A DNA stretch of 32,068 bases, taken from the NCBI GenBank assembly GCA_041640735.1, contig JBEPZP010000001.1, positions 1-32,068 of the forward strand, in the 5' to 3' direction. The notes beneath the pieces were generated by a model that did not search any database, was not told where the DNA came from, and worked only from the letters and a program-made list of their open reading frames with translations. Origin of the DNA: Thermomicrobium sp. GTDB lineage: Bacteria > Chloroflexota > Chloroflexia > Thermomicrobiales > Thermomicrobiaceae. How positions within the stretch are numbered: position 1 is the stretch's first letter; the number at the start of each line of letters is the position of its first letter. Of the stretch, positions 9,716 to 17,923 are shown in pieces. The translations under genes were made by a program, and so were the position numbers.

Positions 9716-10411
9716 TCAGCGGTCCTGGCGCGGGTACACCGTCACGCGGCGCTGCTCACCCTCGCCGCTACTGCGCGTCTCCACGTTCGGGTGGTCTCGC
9801 AGCGCGACGTGAATGACGCGGCGCTCGTTCGCCGGCATCGGCTCCAGAGTGACTGGCTGCCTGGTCCGCTCGACTTGTCGAGCGACGCGGTGAGCCAGAG
9901 CGATCAACGCCTCTTCGCGGCGGCTGCGGTAGCCTTCGACATCGATGATCACCCGCGTCCAGGACGGAAGGCGGCGATTGACGAGCACGTTGACCAGGTA
10001 CTGGAGCTGCGCGAGGTGCTCCCCTCGCTGGCCGATCAACGCGCCGGCGTGGGGCCCATGGATGTCGATGAACACGGTCGGCGGATCCTCCGGCCCCAAC
10101 TCGATGATCGAGGGATTGTCCACCGCCAGAACCGTGCAGCTGAACCCCATCGCCTGGAGAAGCTCCCGAACCACCTGCTTGACGATCGCCTCAGTTTGGG
10201 CGTCCGGGCGCCGGACCGGACCACGCGGTACCTCGCCATACCCGAGTGGCGTGACCCGCACGAGCGCTTCACCGCCGTACGGGACATTGTCCACCAAAAC
10301 TTCCACGTGCACTCGCTCGCGCGGTAGACCGAGCTGCTCGAGCGCGAGATTGACCGCCTCTTCGACCGATCGCGCTTGGATCTCGACTGCCTTCTTCTGA
10401 TGTTGAGCCAT
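9716..10411 (-). CDS. jag: Jag/KhpB(EloR) RNA-binding protein (Jag_N, KH, R3H)
   Basis: 'SVEEAVNLALEQLG', KH 'LIGQRGEHLAQLQYL', 'DVEGYRSRRE', R3H 'MPANERRVIHVAL', 'SSGEGEQRRV'. Lies downstream of yidC. Confidence 0.92.
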   Translation of the reverse strand: MAQHQKKAVEIQARSVEEAVNLALEQLGLPRERVHVEVLVDNVPYGGEALVRVTPLGYGEVPRGPVRRPDAQTEAIVKQVVRELLQAMGFSCTVLAVDNPSIIELGPEDPPTVFIDIHGPHAGALIGQRGEHLAQLQYLVNVLVNRRLPSWTRVIIDVEGYRSRREEALIALAHRVARQVERTRQPVTLEPMPANERRVIHVALRDHPNVETRSSGEGEQRRVTVYPRQDR

Positions 10412-10469
10412 CACCGCGCCTCTGTCCCCTCCTGTATCGCCAGTCGGGTGCGTCGCGCGAGATGTCCGT

Positions 10470-11411
10470 TCACGAGCGCCGCTTGCCACGCGGCCGAGAA
10501 CGTCGCGGCACGAGAGCAGCGGGGTCGAGCGGCTGCTGCCGCTCGATCGGCTGCTCGGCCGCCGGAGCTACCTGCTGCGCCGCTGTCTCTACTGCAGTAA
10601 CTGCGGCCTTCTCGTTGCTCTGCGCGCTCGCTTGCGCCTGCTGCAGGAGACGACCGAAGAGTCCTCCGCTGCGCTGCTGCGCTGCACGCTTCTTGGGATC
10701 GACATACCCCAACCGCCGGTGTTCCGGGAGTTCCGGCAAGAAGGGCAGCCAGTCGCGCATCGCACCCCAACCTGTGATCAGCCACTGTTGCACCACACTG
10801 TACAACGCCGAGACGACCCAGTAGAGGACCGGGCCGGCAGCGAAATTCCATCCGAACAGCACCACCATGATCGGCATGAACAACATCATGGTGTACATCA
10901 TCTGCTGTTGCGGATCCTCGAACCGGCGCATGCCCGCTGGTCGCGTCATGCGTGTTTGGATGAACTGAAAGAGGCCAGCCAAGATGGGCAGGATGCGCAA
11001 GGGATCCGGTTTGGAGAGGTCCGGCACCCACAAAAAGCCGTTCGCCCAAGGACCGACCTGACTCAACGAAAGGTTGCGGATCGCGAAATAGAGTCCGAAG
11101 AAGATCGGGATCTGTATGAGCATCGGCAAACAACCCGACATCGGGTTGATGCCGTGCTCCTGGTAGAGCTTCATCATTTCGGCTGACAGCCGCTGGCGAT
11201 CCTGCCCGTACTTCTTCTGCAGCTCGCGGATCTTCGGCTGCAGCTCTTGCATCGCCTTGGTGGAGCGCACCGACTTGATCGTCAAAGGCAAGAGCAGCGT
11301 CTTGATCAAAATAGTGAAGAGAATGATCGCGACCCCGGCACTACCCGTGAGTTCCGCAGTGCGCGCCAAGCCCCACTCGATCGCGTAGACGAACTGATCC
11401 CAAATGATCAA
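10470..11411 (-). CDS. yidC: Membrane protein insertase YidC (short form)
   Basis: 'AIILFTILIKTLLLPL', 'MQELQPKIRELQKKY', 'GINPMSGCLPMLIQIPIF', 'FLWVPDLSKPDP', 'LYWVVS'. Confidence 0.95.
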   Translation of the reverse strand: MIIWDQFVYAIEWGLARTAELTGSAGVAIILFTILIKTLLLPLTIKSVRSTKAMQELQPKIRELQKKYGQDRQRLSAEMMKLYQEHGINPMSGCLPMLIQIPIFFGLYFAIRNLSLSQVGPWANGFLWVPDLSKPDPLRILPILAGLFQFIQTRMTRPAGMRRFEDPQQQMMYTMMLFMPIMVVLFGWNFAAGPVLYWVVSALYSVVQQWLITGWGAMRDWLPFLPELPEHRRLGYVDPKKRAAQQRSGGLFGRLLQQAQASAQSNEKAAVTAVETAAQQVAPAAEQPIERQQPLDPAALVPRRSRPRGKRRS

Positions 11412-11463
11412 CGCTGTCCCTCCGATTTGCTGGATCGTGCCCCGGCGGTCTCATCGATCGGAT

Positions 11464-11673
11464 TCAGGGGACGGGGTCGAATCCACCTGGATGAAACGGG
11501 TGACATCGCAGCAAGCGTCGCACCGTCAGTATGCCGCCCTTGATGATACCGTATCGGGAGATCGCTTCGTACCCGTACTCAGAGCACGTCGGATAGAAGC
11601 GACACGCCGGTGGCAGCCCGGGCGAGATGAAGCGTTGATAGAAGCGGATCGCGAGCAGAACGAAGCGCTTCAT
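11464..11673 (-). CDS. yidD: Membrane protein insertion efficiency factor YidD
   Basis: 'YQRFISP', '[10 protein letters not shown]', '[17 protein letters not shown]'. Confidence 0.97.
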   Translation of the reverse strand: MKRFVLLAIRFYQRFISPGLPPACRFYPTCSEYGYEAISRYGIIKGGILTVRRLLRCHPFHPGGFDPVP

Positions 11674-12059
11674 GCTGGTGATTCCCCGGTCTCGGCGGCC
11701 CGCTCCTCCTCGACCTTCGCCAAACCCGCACGACGGAGGAGCGACCGGACATGCTCGACGACTTCATGATACGTCACCGCCTGCTCGGCGAGCGCGCCCC
11801 GCGCGACGAAGACGACATCGTACCCCTGTTCCAGCGTCGGGTGCAGTCGGCGCACCGCTTCCCTGAGCCAGCGCTTGACCTTGTTCCGCCGTACCGCTTT
11901 GCCGACGCGCCGGCCAACCGCGAAGCCGTAGCGATTCTGTTCCAGACCGTTCGGGGCTACGATCAACACGAAGAGCCGGCTCGCGTAGGATTTTCCTCGC
12001 CGGCGCACCCGCTCGAAGTCGCTCGAGCGGCGGAGCCGCAGCCGCCGCGCGATCACCAC
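11670..12059 (-). CDS. rnpA: Ribonuclease P protein component
   Basis: '[11 protein letters not shown]', '[25 protein letters not shown]', 'GYDVVFVAR'. Start GTG 12059 or 12056, just after the rpmH stop. Confidence 0.93.
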   Translation of the reverse strand: MVIARRLRLRRSSDFERVRRRGKSYASRLFVLIVAPNGLEQNRYGFAVGRRVGKAVRRNKVKRWLREAVRRLHPTLEQGYDVVFVARGALAEQAVTYHEVVEHVRSLLRRAGLAKVEEERAAETGESPA

Positions 12060-12064
12060 GCACC

Positions 12065-12235
12065 CTAGCGCTTGCTGCTCGTCAGCTTCTTTTCGTCGGA
12101 GACCGTCAGCTTCCAGCGCCCCTTGAGGCGACGCCGCTTGAGCACCGCCCGGCCACCTCGCGTGCTCATCCGCGCCAGAAACCCGTGCACTCGCTTTCGA
12201 CGCAGGCGCTTCGGCTGGTAGGTTCGCTTCGGCAC
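12065..12235 (-). CDS. rpmH: 50S ribosomal protein L34 (absent from the ORF track)
   Basis: Manual translation from GTG 12235: [64 protein letters not shown]; canonical position before rnpA. Confidence 0.96.
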   Translation of the reverse strand: MPKRTYQPKRLRRKRVHGFLARMSTRGGRAVLKRRRLKGRWKLTVSDEKKLTSSKR

Positions 12236-12314
12236 GGCTCAACTCCCTACACCTGACCGGCTTCCGCGTTCGCACAAAAAAGTCCGCGCCGGCGGTCGCC
12301 GCCACGGTACTGGC

Positions 12315-12323
12315 AGTATAGCA
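12315..12323 (-). promoter_or_regulatory. Extended -10 promoter of the rpmH operon
   Basis: Minus-strand TGCTATACT about 80 nt upstream of rpmH. Confidence 0.55.
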
Positions 12324-12335
12324 CGCTCCCACCTC

Positions 12336-13385
12336 TCACGTCACGGCGGCGATGACACCGTTCAAGACCGCCGCCATCCGCTGCCGGAAGCGCTCCCGGC
12401 CCGCGTTCATGTGCCGATTGGATACGAAAGCGACGAGGACGTCGTAGGTAGGGTCGTACCACGCGGCACAACCACTCGCACCGGTGTGCCCGAAGCACTG
12501 TGGCGACATGAGGTCCACCTCCCCGAAGAATCCGCCGCCGACCTCGAAGCCGAGTCCCCACCCAGGCGAACCCAGCACCTCCGGCGTCTGTCTCCGCGTC
12601 ATGGTCGCGACCGTCGAGCGAGCGAGCAGGCGGACTGGCGCATGCGGGGTGAAGTGCGCGAGAAAGCGCGCGAGGTCGCGCAACGTCGCCACGACTCCCC
12701 AGGCCGGATGCGCCAGACGAAGTCCGTACTCAGCCCCGTACATCGCCCACGGCTTCCCGTCGCCGAGCGCTCCGACGACGTGTGCCAACCGCTTCCCGTC
12801 CTGATCGGCCTGAACAGGAAAGCGCGTATCGCTCAACGCAGCCGGCTCGAACACGAGGTCACGCATGAGCTGCGGAAACGCTCGTCCCGTGACCGCTTCC
12901 GCCAGCATGCCGAGTAGACCGTACCCGAGATCGCTGTACCCGATCCGCGACCCCGGCACGAAGGCCAGCGGCTGCTCGAATCCGGCCTCGAGCAGCTCGT
13001 CGAGCGGCAACCGTTGCCGCAGGAGCTCCTCCATTCCCGGCGACTCGTACGGGAGACCCGAGGTATGCGTCAGGAGGTGACGAACGGTGATCGTTCGACG
13101 CTCCTCGTCGTCGAACGTCTCGAATACCGCCGCCACGGGCATATCCAAACTCAGGTAGCCACGTTCGACGAGCGCCATCACCACCGTCGCCGTGTAGACC
13201 TTGCTGATCGCCGCCACCGGCCACAGCACGGTCGGTCCGGCCTCGAGATCGGGAGCAGCCCGCCCACCGTACCACTCGAGCACCGGCATCCCCGCAACGC
13301 TGACCGCGAGTCCGGCACCGTCCAACTCCCCCCGCTCGATCGCTCGTTCGAGCGTTGCGACGACGTCGCGAAGCCTCTCGCGCAT
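12336..13385 (-). CDS. Beta-lactamase/class C-like serine hydrolase family protein (catalytic Ser apparently replaced)
   Basis: 'ITVRHLLTHTSGL', 'PGSRIGYSDLGYGLLG', 'FGHTGASG'. The SxxK position reads AISK. Confidence 0.85.
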   Translation of the reverse strand: MRERLRDVVATLERAIERGELDGAGLAVSVAGMPVLEWYGGRAAPDLEAGPTVLWPVAAISKVYTATVVMALVERGYLSLDMPVAAVFETFDDEERRTITVRHLLTHTSGLPYESPGMEELLRQRLPLDELLEAGFEQPLAFVPGSRIGYSDLGYGLLGMLAEAVTGRAFPQLMRDLVFEPAALSDTRFPVQADQDGKRLAHVVGALGDGKPWAMYGAEYGLRLAHPAWGVVATLRDLARFLAHFTPHAPVRLLARSTVATMTRRQTPEVLGSPGWGLGFEVGGGFFGEVDLMSPQCFGHTGASGCAAWYDPTYDVLVAFVSNRHMNAGRERFRQRMAAVLNGVIAAVT

Positions 13386-13543
13386 GTTCACCCCCCAGTA
13401 CTGTCAGGACGCGTCCTCTTTCGGACGTCGATGAGGGACCTTTTGGCTAGCACCTCCGTGCTCACGCTGCCGATACCGAGACAAGGGAGCGCGTACACTT
13501 GTCGACCGAAAAGCGCGTTATCTGCGAACGCAAGGACCGCTCC

Positions 13544-16500
13544 ATGCCGCTATCGATACAGTACCAGTCTACCGGTGAACTCCTCCGCCAGGTGCTGCGC
13601 ACCCTCCTCACCACCGTGCATGCCGATCTCGGCGGCTTTTTCGTCTTCGACGAGCAGCGAGAGCAGGTCGTGATCGGCACTATCGAGGGCCAACAGCCAC
13701 CTGGCTCGCTTCCGCCCGTTCAGGTCGTCGCCGTTCCACCACTGAGCGTACCGGCCGAGCGCTGGCTCCTCGAGCACAGGCGCCCGCTCCACTTGCACCG
13801 ACCGCGTGACTGGCGTCTATTCCCTCCCATGAATCCCGGGCTCCGCGCCCTGGCCGAACAGCATCACCTCGTCGGGCTCGCTGTCCCCCTGGAATGGGAG
13901 GGAGACTTCGTCGGGGTCGCGTATGTCTGGCGCCATCGAACACCTCGCCCCTACACCCGCCGCGAAATCCGCGAAGCACAACGCTGGTGTCGTTTGGCAA
14001 GTGCGGTCGCCGTCACGAGCCGTCTGTGGATACGCGAAGCGCAGTTGCGAGCGGACCTCGAGTCCCTGATCGAACTGGATCGACGACTTGGAGCCGCCAC
14101 GAGCCTCGCCCTTTTCGGTCGCTCGGTACGTGAGACGCTCACTGCGTTGCTCCCCACCGCGTCCGTCTTCCTGACGCTGCGTCTCGACTCCGAGTCGATC
14201 GTCGTCTATCCGGACGATAGACCGCTCCACCTGGAGCAGGCACTGCGGTCATCGCTCAGCCAGTTCGCCGCTCTCGGCCCATCCGGACAAGCGTTCTTTT
14301 TGCTGTCGCGCGGGGACGCTCCGCCTTTCTTGGACCCTGTGGTGGCGGCTTTACCGGAATCGGTGACGCACCTTCTCGTCCTACCGATCGAGGCAGAGGA
14401 CGAAACGCTCGGCGTCGTCGTCGCATGGGGTGATTCCCGGCTCGCCTCGCTCGGGAGCCAGAAGGGCCCTGTCCTCTCGATCCTCCAGCGCCAGCTCTCT
14501 GCCATCGCAACACGACTGTGTACCCAACTACAGCTCCAACGCACCGTCGAGCAACTCCGCGCCGTCCTCACCGTCGCCCAGGGTGTCCCGACAACCGATT
14601 CGGTCGTCGAACTCCTCGAACGAGTGGAGCAGGTACTCCGCCCCCGCATCCGCTACGACGCGATGGTCTACCTCGAACCGGATCCTGAATCTCCGTCGAT
14701 GCTGCGAGTCGCTTGGGGTTCGGGCACGTATCCCGAAGCGCACATCGGTTCGCGCATCCCCGTCGAAGGGAGCCTCGCTGGGTTCGCGTACCGCACCGGC
14801 ACACACATCGCCGTCCCCGACACCTGGGAGGATCCCCGCGCGTATCACCGTCCAGGGCGACGCTTCCCCTTGCGTTCCCTCGTCATCCACCCGGTGCGTG
14901 TCTCGGGTGAGACCGTCGCCGTGCTCGGCTTCGGCCGTGTCGCAGTCCATCCCTTTTCCGACTACGACCGGGAGCTCACCGGATTGATCGCGCACGAACT
15001 CGGAACCGCACTCGTGGTCGTGCGGCAACGGCAAGCGCTCAAATCGTACGCCGAGAACCAAGCCTTCCTCGCCGAGATCAGCTGGATCGTACTCAAGGAC
15101 AACGATCCGCGCTCCTTCGCGCAGTCGACTATCGAGCGGATCGCCCGCTGGGCCGAGTGTGACGCCAGCTTCATCTGCCTCTGCCCGCTGGAACCTGACC
15201 AGGTCGTGGTAGCAGCGAGCAGTGACGCCGATGCGTTAGGCGGGCAACTCCCTTCTCTCGCGAAGCCGGATTTGCTCCGCTGGCTGGCAGGCCAGACCAC
15301 TACGCAGCCGATTCTCTTCGAGACCAGCGCAGTCGTACCAGCGTCGCTCCGGGCGCCGATCGAGGAACTCCTCCGCCGATACGGGATACTCATGGTCGTG
15401 CCGCTGGCACCGGACGAGCGTCCAGTCGGAGCGCTCCTGCTCGGCTGGCGAGATCGCTCTCGAGCACCGCGACACGCCTCCGACGGCACCGTGCGGCAAC
15501 TACAAGCGCTTCTCATGGACGCGCTCGCACGGTGGATCGCCGAGCGGGAGCGCACTGTTCTGACGCGCTTGACCTTCGAGCTAGCCGAGTCGCGTAGTGT
15601 CGAAATGCTCGCTTCTTCCTTTCTCGAAGCTGCACGCGCGTTCGTCCCGTACGATTCGGCGGCGTTCTTTGGATTCGAGCGGGAATCGCGGCAGCTCGTT
15701 CCGCTCGCGACGACGCCGCATTTCCACTCGCTCCCAGCAGGCTGGACGCTTCCGATCGAGGCGTTCTTTCCCACCGGAGAGATAGAGGATGCAGAGCCGA
15801 AGGTGATCGACCATCCCCACGACGCACAGTTCGCCGACGCGCTGCGGCAGGCTGCAGCCGGAGGACCTGTCACGCTCCTCGTTTCCCCAGTCGTCGCCGA
15901 TCGAGAAGTCCTCGGGCTGGTCGTGTTGGGTAGATTCGGTCGATCGGGCTTCCACACGGCAGAGAGACGACGCTGCGCCGGCCTAGCGACCAGCGCTGCA
16001 GTCGCGCTGCGCCTCGTGAGTGCCCGAGAACGCGAACGTGCCCTGTACCGAGCTTCGGTCGAAGCGATGGCTGCAGCCGTCGACGCGAAGGATCCGGCGA
16101 CGCACAACCACTCGCGGCGCGTCGCGGAAATCGCCAGAATGCTCGCTGAAGCGCTCGGTCTACCGAGCGATGACGTCGAGCGCATCGAGCTGGCTGCCCT
16201 CCTCCACGACGTCGGCAAGCTCGCCGTCCCCGACGAGATCCTCCGCAAACCGGACAAACTGTCTCCCGCAGAGTGGTCGCTCGTGCGAGCCCACCCCGCG
16301 ATCGGTGCAGAAATCCTCTCTACACACCCACAGTTGCGCGAGATCGTTCCACTCGTCCGTGCGCACCACGAGCGCTGGGACGGCAAAGGGTATCCGGACG
16401 GACTACGCGGCGACGCGATCCCGCTCGGGGCAGCCATCATCGGCCTCGCCGACGCCTTCGACACGATGATTTCCGACCGTCCCTATCGACCAGCGCTACG

Positions 16501-17233
16501 CGTAAGCGAGGCGGTCGAGGAGATCCGGCGCTGCCGAGGCACACAGTTCCATCCGAAAGTCGTCGATGCGTTCTTCGCTGCGCTACGCGATCCCAACGCG
16601 TTGCCGAAGTTCCTGTCCCGGCAGACCGTGTACCCGCGGTCGGCGCTGACAGCTCACACCCTCCACGCTATCGGTCAACAGCTCTCTGCCCCGATCGACT
16701 TAGAGACCCTGGCCGAGGTCATCGACCTTGCCATCTCCGGTACGATCTCGAACGACAACATCGTGATCTTTCTGCTGGACGAGACGCAGGACGTGCTTCG
16801 TATCGCCTATTCGCGGCACGACCGGGACCTGGCCACGCGTGTCAGCCTCCCGCACGGTCACGGCCTCGCCTGGAGGAGCATCCTCACGAGGACACCGCAA
16901 GCGGTCACCGTCCCCGGGTCACCCGGTGAGACAGTCGTACTCTGGGGACGACGCAGGTTGTTCGCAGTCCTCGTCGCACCGTTGCTCGACGGCGATCACC
17001 CCCTCGGCGCCCTCGCCGTTTCGCGTGTCGAGCCGCGGCCGTTCACCCAACAGGAGGTCGAGATCTTGGGTAGCCTGGGACGGAACCTCGGACCACTCTT
17101 CCGAGCGATCCGTGATGAACATGACGCTTCCTCAGACGAGCAGGCGGTCGAGACGAATGGCACCCACGAGGGTCAACAGGACAATCAGGATCGGTTGGTG
17201 GACGAGATAGAGGAGGAGACTGTGCTGCCCTAG
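13544..17233 (+). CDS. Multi-GAF sensor / HD-GYP phosphodiesterase
   Basis: HD-GYP motifs 'AKDPATHNHSRRV', 'LLHDVGK', 'HHERWDGKGYP', 'ADAFDTMISDRPYR', 'GTQFHP'. Several GAF-like segments precede it (e.g. 'GSLAGFAYRTG...SLVIHPV...FSDYDRE') and one follows it. Confidence 0.9.
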   Translation: MPLSIQYQSTGELLRQVLRTLLTTVHADLGGFFVFDEQREQVVIGTIEGQQPPGSLPPVQVVAVPPLSVPAERWLLEHRRPLHLHRPRDWRLFPPMNPGLRALAEQHHLVGLAVPLEWEGDFVGVAYVWRHRTPRPYTRREIREAQRWCRLASAVAVTSRLWIREAQLRADLESLIELDRRLGAATSLALFGRSVRETLTALLPTASVFLTLRLDSESIVVYPDDRPLHLEQALRSSLSQFAALGPSGQAFFLLSRGDAPPFLDPVVAALPESVTHLLVLPIEAEDETLGVVVAWGDSRLASLGSQKGPVLSILQRQLSAIATRLCTQLQLQRTVEQLRAVLTVAQGVPTTDSVVELLERVEQVLRPRIRYDAMVYLEPDPESPSMLRVAWGSGTYPEAHIGSRIPVEGSLAGFAYRTGTHIAVPDTWEDPRAYHRPGRRFPLRSLVIHPVRVSGETVAVLGFGRVAVHPFSDYDRELTGLIAHELGTALVVVRQRQALKSYAENQAFLAEISWIVLKDNDPRSFAQSTIERIARWAECDASFICLCPLEPDQVVVAASSDADALGGQLPSLAKPDLLRWLAGQTTTQPILFETSAVVPASLRAPIEELLRRYGILMVVPLAPDERPVGALLLGWRDRSRAPRHASDGTVRQLQALLMDALARWIAERERTVLTRLTFELAESRSVEMLASSFLEAARAFVPYDSAAFFGFERESRQLVPLATTPHFHSLPAGWTLPIEAFFPTGEIEDAEPKVIDHPHDAQFADALRQAAAGGPVTLLVSPVVADREVLGLVVLGRFGRSGFHTAERRRCAGLATSAAVALRLVSARERERALYRASVEAMAAAVDAKDPATHNHSRRVAEIARMLAEALGLPSDDVERIELAALLHDVGKLAVPDEILRKPDKLSPAEWSLVRAHPAIGAEILSTHPQLREIVPLVRAHHERWDGKGYPDGLRGDAIPLGAAIIGLADAFDTMISDRPYRPALRVSEAVEEIRRCRGTQFHPKVVDAFFAALRDPNALPKFLSRQTVYPRSALTAHTLHAIGQQLSAPIDLETLAEVIDLAISGTISNDNIVIFLLDETQDVLRIAYSRHDRDLATRVSLPHGHGLAWRSILTRTPQAVTVPGSPGETVVLWGRRRLFAVLVAPLLDGDHPLGALAVSRVEPRPFTQQEVEILGSLGRNLGPLFRAIRDEHDASSDEQAVETNGTHEGQQDNQDRLVDEIEEETVLP

Positions 17234-17923
17234 CCAGGTGAGCGCCCGGAGCGGAGGAAGCCCTTGGGGTACAGGAAGTGACCAGCGTCGCCGGCCAGCT
17301 GGGTAGACCCAGGAGGCGAAAGCGATTCCCGAGCACACCAGAGCGAACCATGGGAACAAGGGTCGAAAATCGAACGACCGGTATCCCTCCGGCACCAACC
17401 CTAACCAAAAGAACCATCGGTGACCAGGAAGGTCTGCCAGCAGCGCACCGAGGAGGACAGCGGCAACGGCAATGAGAAGGTTCCACGACCGGAGTCGCAG
17501 GAGCGGCAAACTCACCAGGTTGGAGACGAGGATCAGGTGGAGAATACCGAAGAACACGGCATCTTGCGGACTGACGAGCCAGGTCGCCACAGTCACCAGG
17601 CCCGCTGCCGCAGCCAAACGAGCGAACCGGCGCAGGAGATGCCGCCGGTAGCGGTGTGGATCGCCACCCAAACGCTCGCGCGCCAGCACCAACGAGACAC
17701 CGCTGACGAAGAGAAAGAGGCTCGCGATACTGTCCGCAAAGAGCCGCCAGCCACCAGTCGTCACGGCGATCGGCCATCCACCGAAGGCTGCGAGGTCGAA
17801 CGCCGTGTGGTACACGACCATCAGGACGAAGGCGAGCCCACGCGCAGCATCGACCTCCCACAGCCGTTCCGCCGGTGGGACTTCGACACGGTCGTTCGTC
17901 GCGCGTCGATCTGCTAGCTTCAC
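17132..17923 (-). CDS. DUF1624 / heparan-alpha-glucosaminide N-acetyltransferase-domain membrane protein
   Basis: 'RLWEVDAARGLAFVLMVVYH', 'FLFVSGVS', 'FFGILHLI', 'DFRPLFPWF', 'LGQHSLLLYLVHQP'. Confidence 0.85.
   Translation of the reverse strand: MKLADRRATNDRVEVPPAERLWEVDAARGLAFVLMVVYHTAFDLAAFGGWPIAVTTGGWRLFADSIASLFLFVSGVSLVLARERLGGDPHRYRRHLLRRFARLAAAAGLVTVATWLVSPQDAVFFGILHLILVSNLVSLPLLRLRSWNLLIAVAAVLLGALLADLPGHRWFFWLGLVPEGYRSFDFRPLFPWFALVCSGIAFASWVYPAGRRRWSLPVPQGLPPLRALTWLGQHSLLLYLVHQPILIVLLTLVGAIRLDRLLV

Noticed and set aside
12060-12332. Long N-terminal extension of RnpA (220-aa ORF)
   Set aside because: The region encodes rpmH in another frame; RnpA similarity starts at about 12059.
12236-12335. 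oriC next to rpmH
   Set aside because: Only 100 bp, GC-rich, with no TTATCCACA-like boxes, no AT-rich unwinding element and no dnaA.
14962-16464. Long antisense ORFs (500 aa here; also 21785-23206, 30241-31560, 5432-6715)
   Set aside because: These are shadow frames of real high-GC genes, with biased composition and no motifs.
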